DNA of 64,000 nucleotides from an uncultured Planctomycetota bacterium (lineage in GTDB: Bacteria > Planctomycetota > Planctomycetia > Isosphaerales > Isosphaeraceae): positions 312,409 through 376,408 of the forward strand of contig CAWJTV010000009.1 in the NCBI GenBank assembly GCA_963845755.1, given 5' to 3'. Positions 63,077 through 64,000 of this stretch are shown in pieces. Every line of letters starts with the position of its first letter. Position 1 is the stretch's first letter. The notes beneath the pieces were generated by a model, which was not told where the DNA came from, ran no database searches, and saw nothing but the letters and a program-made list of their open reading frames with translations. The position numbers were made by a program, and so were the translations under genes.

Positions 63077-64000
63077 ATGCCGTTCAACAAACCTGTTCAC
63101 CGCATCGCCATCGTCGGCACCGGGGTCATCGGCGCGAGCTGGGCCGCCCAGTACCTGGCGCGAGGCTTCGACGTGATCGCGACCGATCCCGCCCCGAACG
63201 CGGAAGCGAGTCTGCGCGAGTACGTTGACAACGCATGGGAGCAACTCGAGGCCATCGGCCTTTCGCCGGGCGCCGCGCGAGGCCGCCTGTCCTTCACTTC
63301 AGACATGAAGGAGGCGGTGGCAAAGGCCGACCTCGTCCAGGAAAATGCCCCTGAGCGGCCCGAGTTCAAAATGAAGCTGTTCGCGGACATTGACGACGCT
63401 ACACCCGCCGATTCGCTGATCGCGTCGAGCTCGTCCGGCATCACACCGAGTGTGATGCAGTCGAAGTGCAAACGCCCCGAGCGTGTCCTCGTCGGGCATC
63501 CGTTCAATCCGCCGCACATCATTCCCCTGGTGGAAGTCGTCGGGGGCGCCCAGACATCGCCCGAAGCGATCCAGCAGGCGATGGCGTTCTACGCATCCAT
63601 CGGCAAGAAGCCGATCCATGTGCGGAAGGAGCTTCCCGGTCATGTCGCCAACCGCCTGCAAGCGGCACTCTATCGCGAGATCCTTTACCTCATCGAGCAA
63701 GGGGTGCTCAATGTCGCCGAGGCGGACGACGCCGTGAGCTGGGGGCCGGGTCTTCGCTGGGGCGTGATGGGCCAGAACATGCTCTGGCACATCGGCGGTG
63801 GCGCAGGCGGCATCCGCCACTTCATGGAACATCTCATGGGGCCGCTCGCGGGCATGATGAACGACCTGGGGAATCCCGAGATCACCCCCGGGCTCAAGCA
63901 AACGATCATCGACGGCGTCCTAGAGCAGGCTGGGAATCGCACCGTCCAGCAACTCGCCCGGCAAGAAAACGAGACATTGATCGGACTGCTCAGCCTGCGT
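63077..64000 (+). CDS. 3-hydroxyacyl-CoA dehydrogenase family (carnitine dehydrogenase/lambda-crystallin-like), runs off the window
   Basis: RBS GAGGAGG; 'IVGTGVIGASW', 'VQENAPE', 'ASSSSG', 'GHPFNPPH', 'GHVANRLQ', 'GPGLRW'. Confidence 0.9.
   Translation, partial: MPFNKPVHRIAIVGTGVIGASWAAQYLARGFDVIATDPAPNAEASLREYVDNAWEQLEAIGLSPGAARGRLSFTSDMKEAVAKADLVQENAPERPEFKMKLFADIDDATPADSLIASSSSGITPSVMQSKCKRPERVLVGHPFNPPHIIPLVEVVGGAQTSPEAIQQAMAFYASIGKKPIHVRKELPGHVANRLQAALYREILYLIEQGVLNVAEADDAVSWGPGLRWGVMGQNMLWHIGGGAGGIRHFMEHLMGPLAGMMNDLGNPEITPGLKQTIIDGVLEQAGNRTVQQLARQENETLIGLLSLR

Overview
High-GC window that looks like a Planctomycetota (Isosphaeraceae-like) accessory region; the taxon is inferred from the gene families. 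It holds four ECF sigma factor genes with linked Ser/Thr kinase genes (four long kinase-TPR genes plus three remnants). A co-oriented minus-strand operon (40453->28409) encodes a PigE-like thioester reductase-class III aminotransferase fusion, an atypical ACP, an MMPL transporter, a TolC/EmrA/EmrB-like exporter and an alpha/beta hydrolase; this is the best candidate for an undescribed system (alkylamine or aminolipid synthesis and export). Also present: a pyruvate-node decarboxylase cluster (truncated poxB, malic enzyme, pyruvate decarboxylase, two 2-keto-acid decarboxylase copies), a hybrid histidine kinase, an NtrC-type regulator and an acyl-CoA catabolic operon running off the right end. 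The region is heavily rearranged. An IS630 carries a second IS inside its frameshift A-tract, a 320-bp REP-filled MITE has its empty site visible elsewhere in the window, a ~6-kb block is bounded by ~53-bp direct repeats, and there are inverted duplications and many gene remnants. Many genes carry small frameshifts, which may be long-read assembly errors rather than true pseudogenes. No rRNA, tRNA or CRISPR array was seen. All calls are from motif recognition by eye; no database searches were run.
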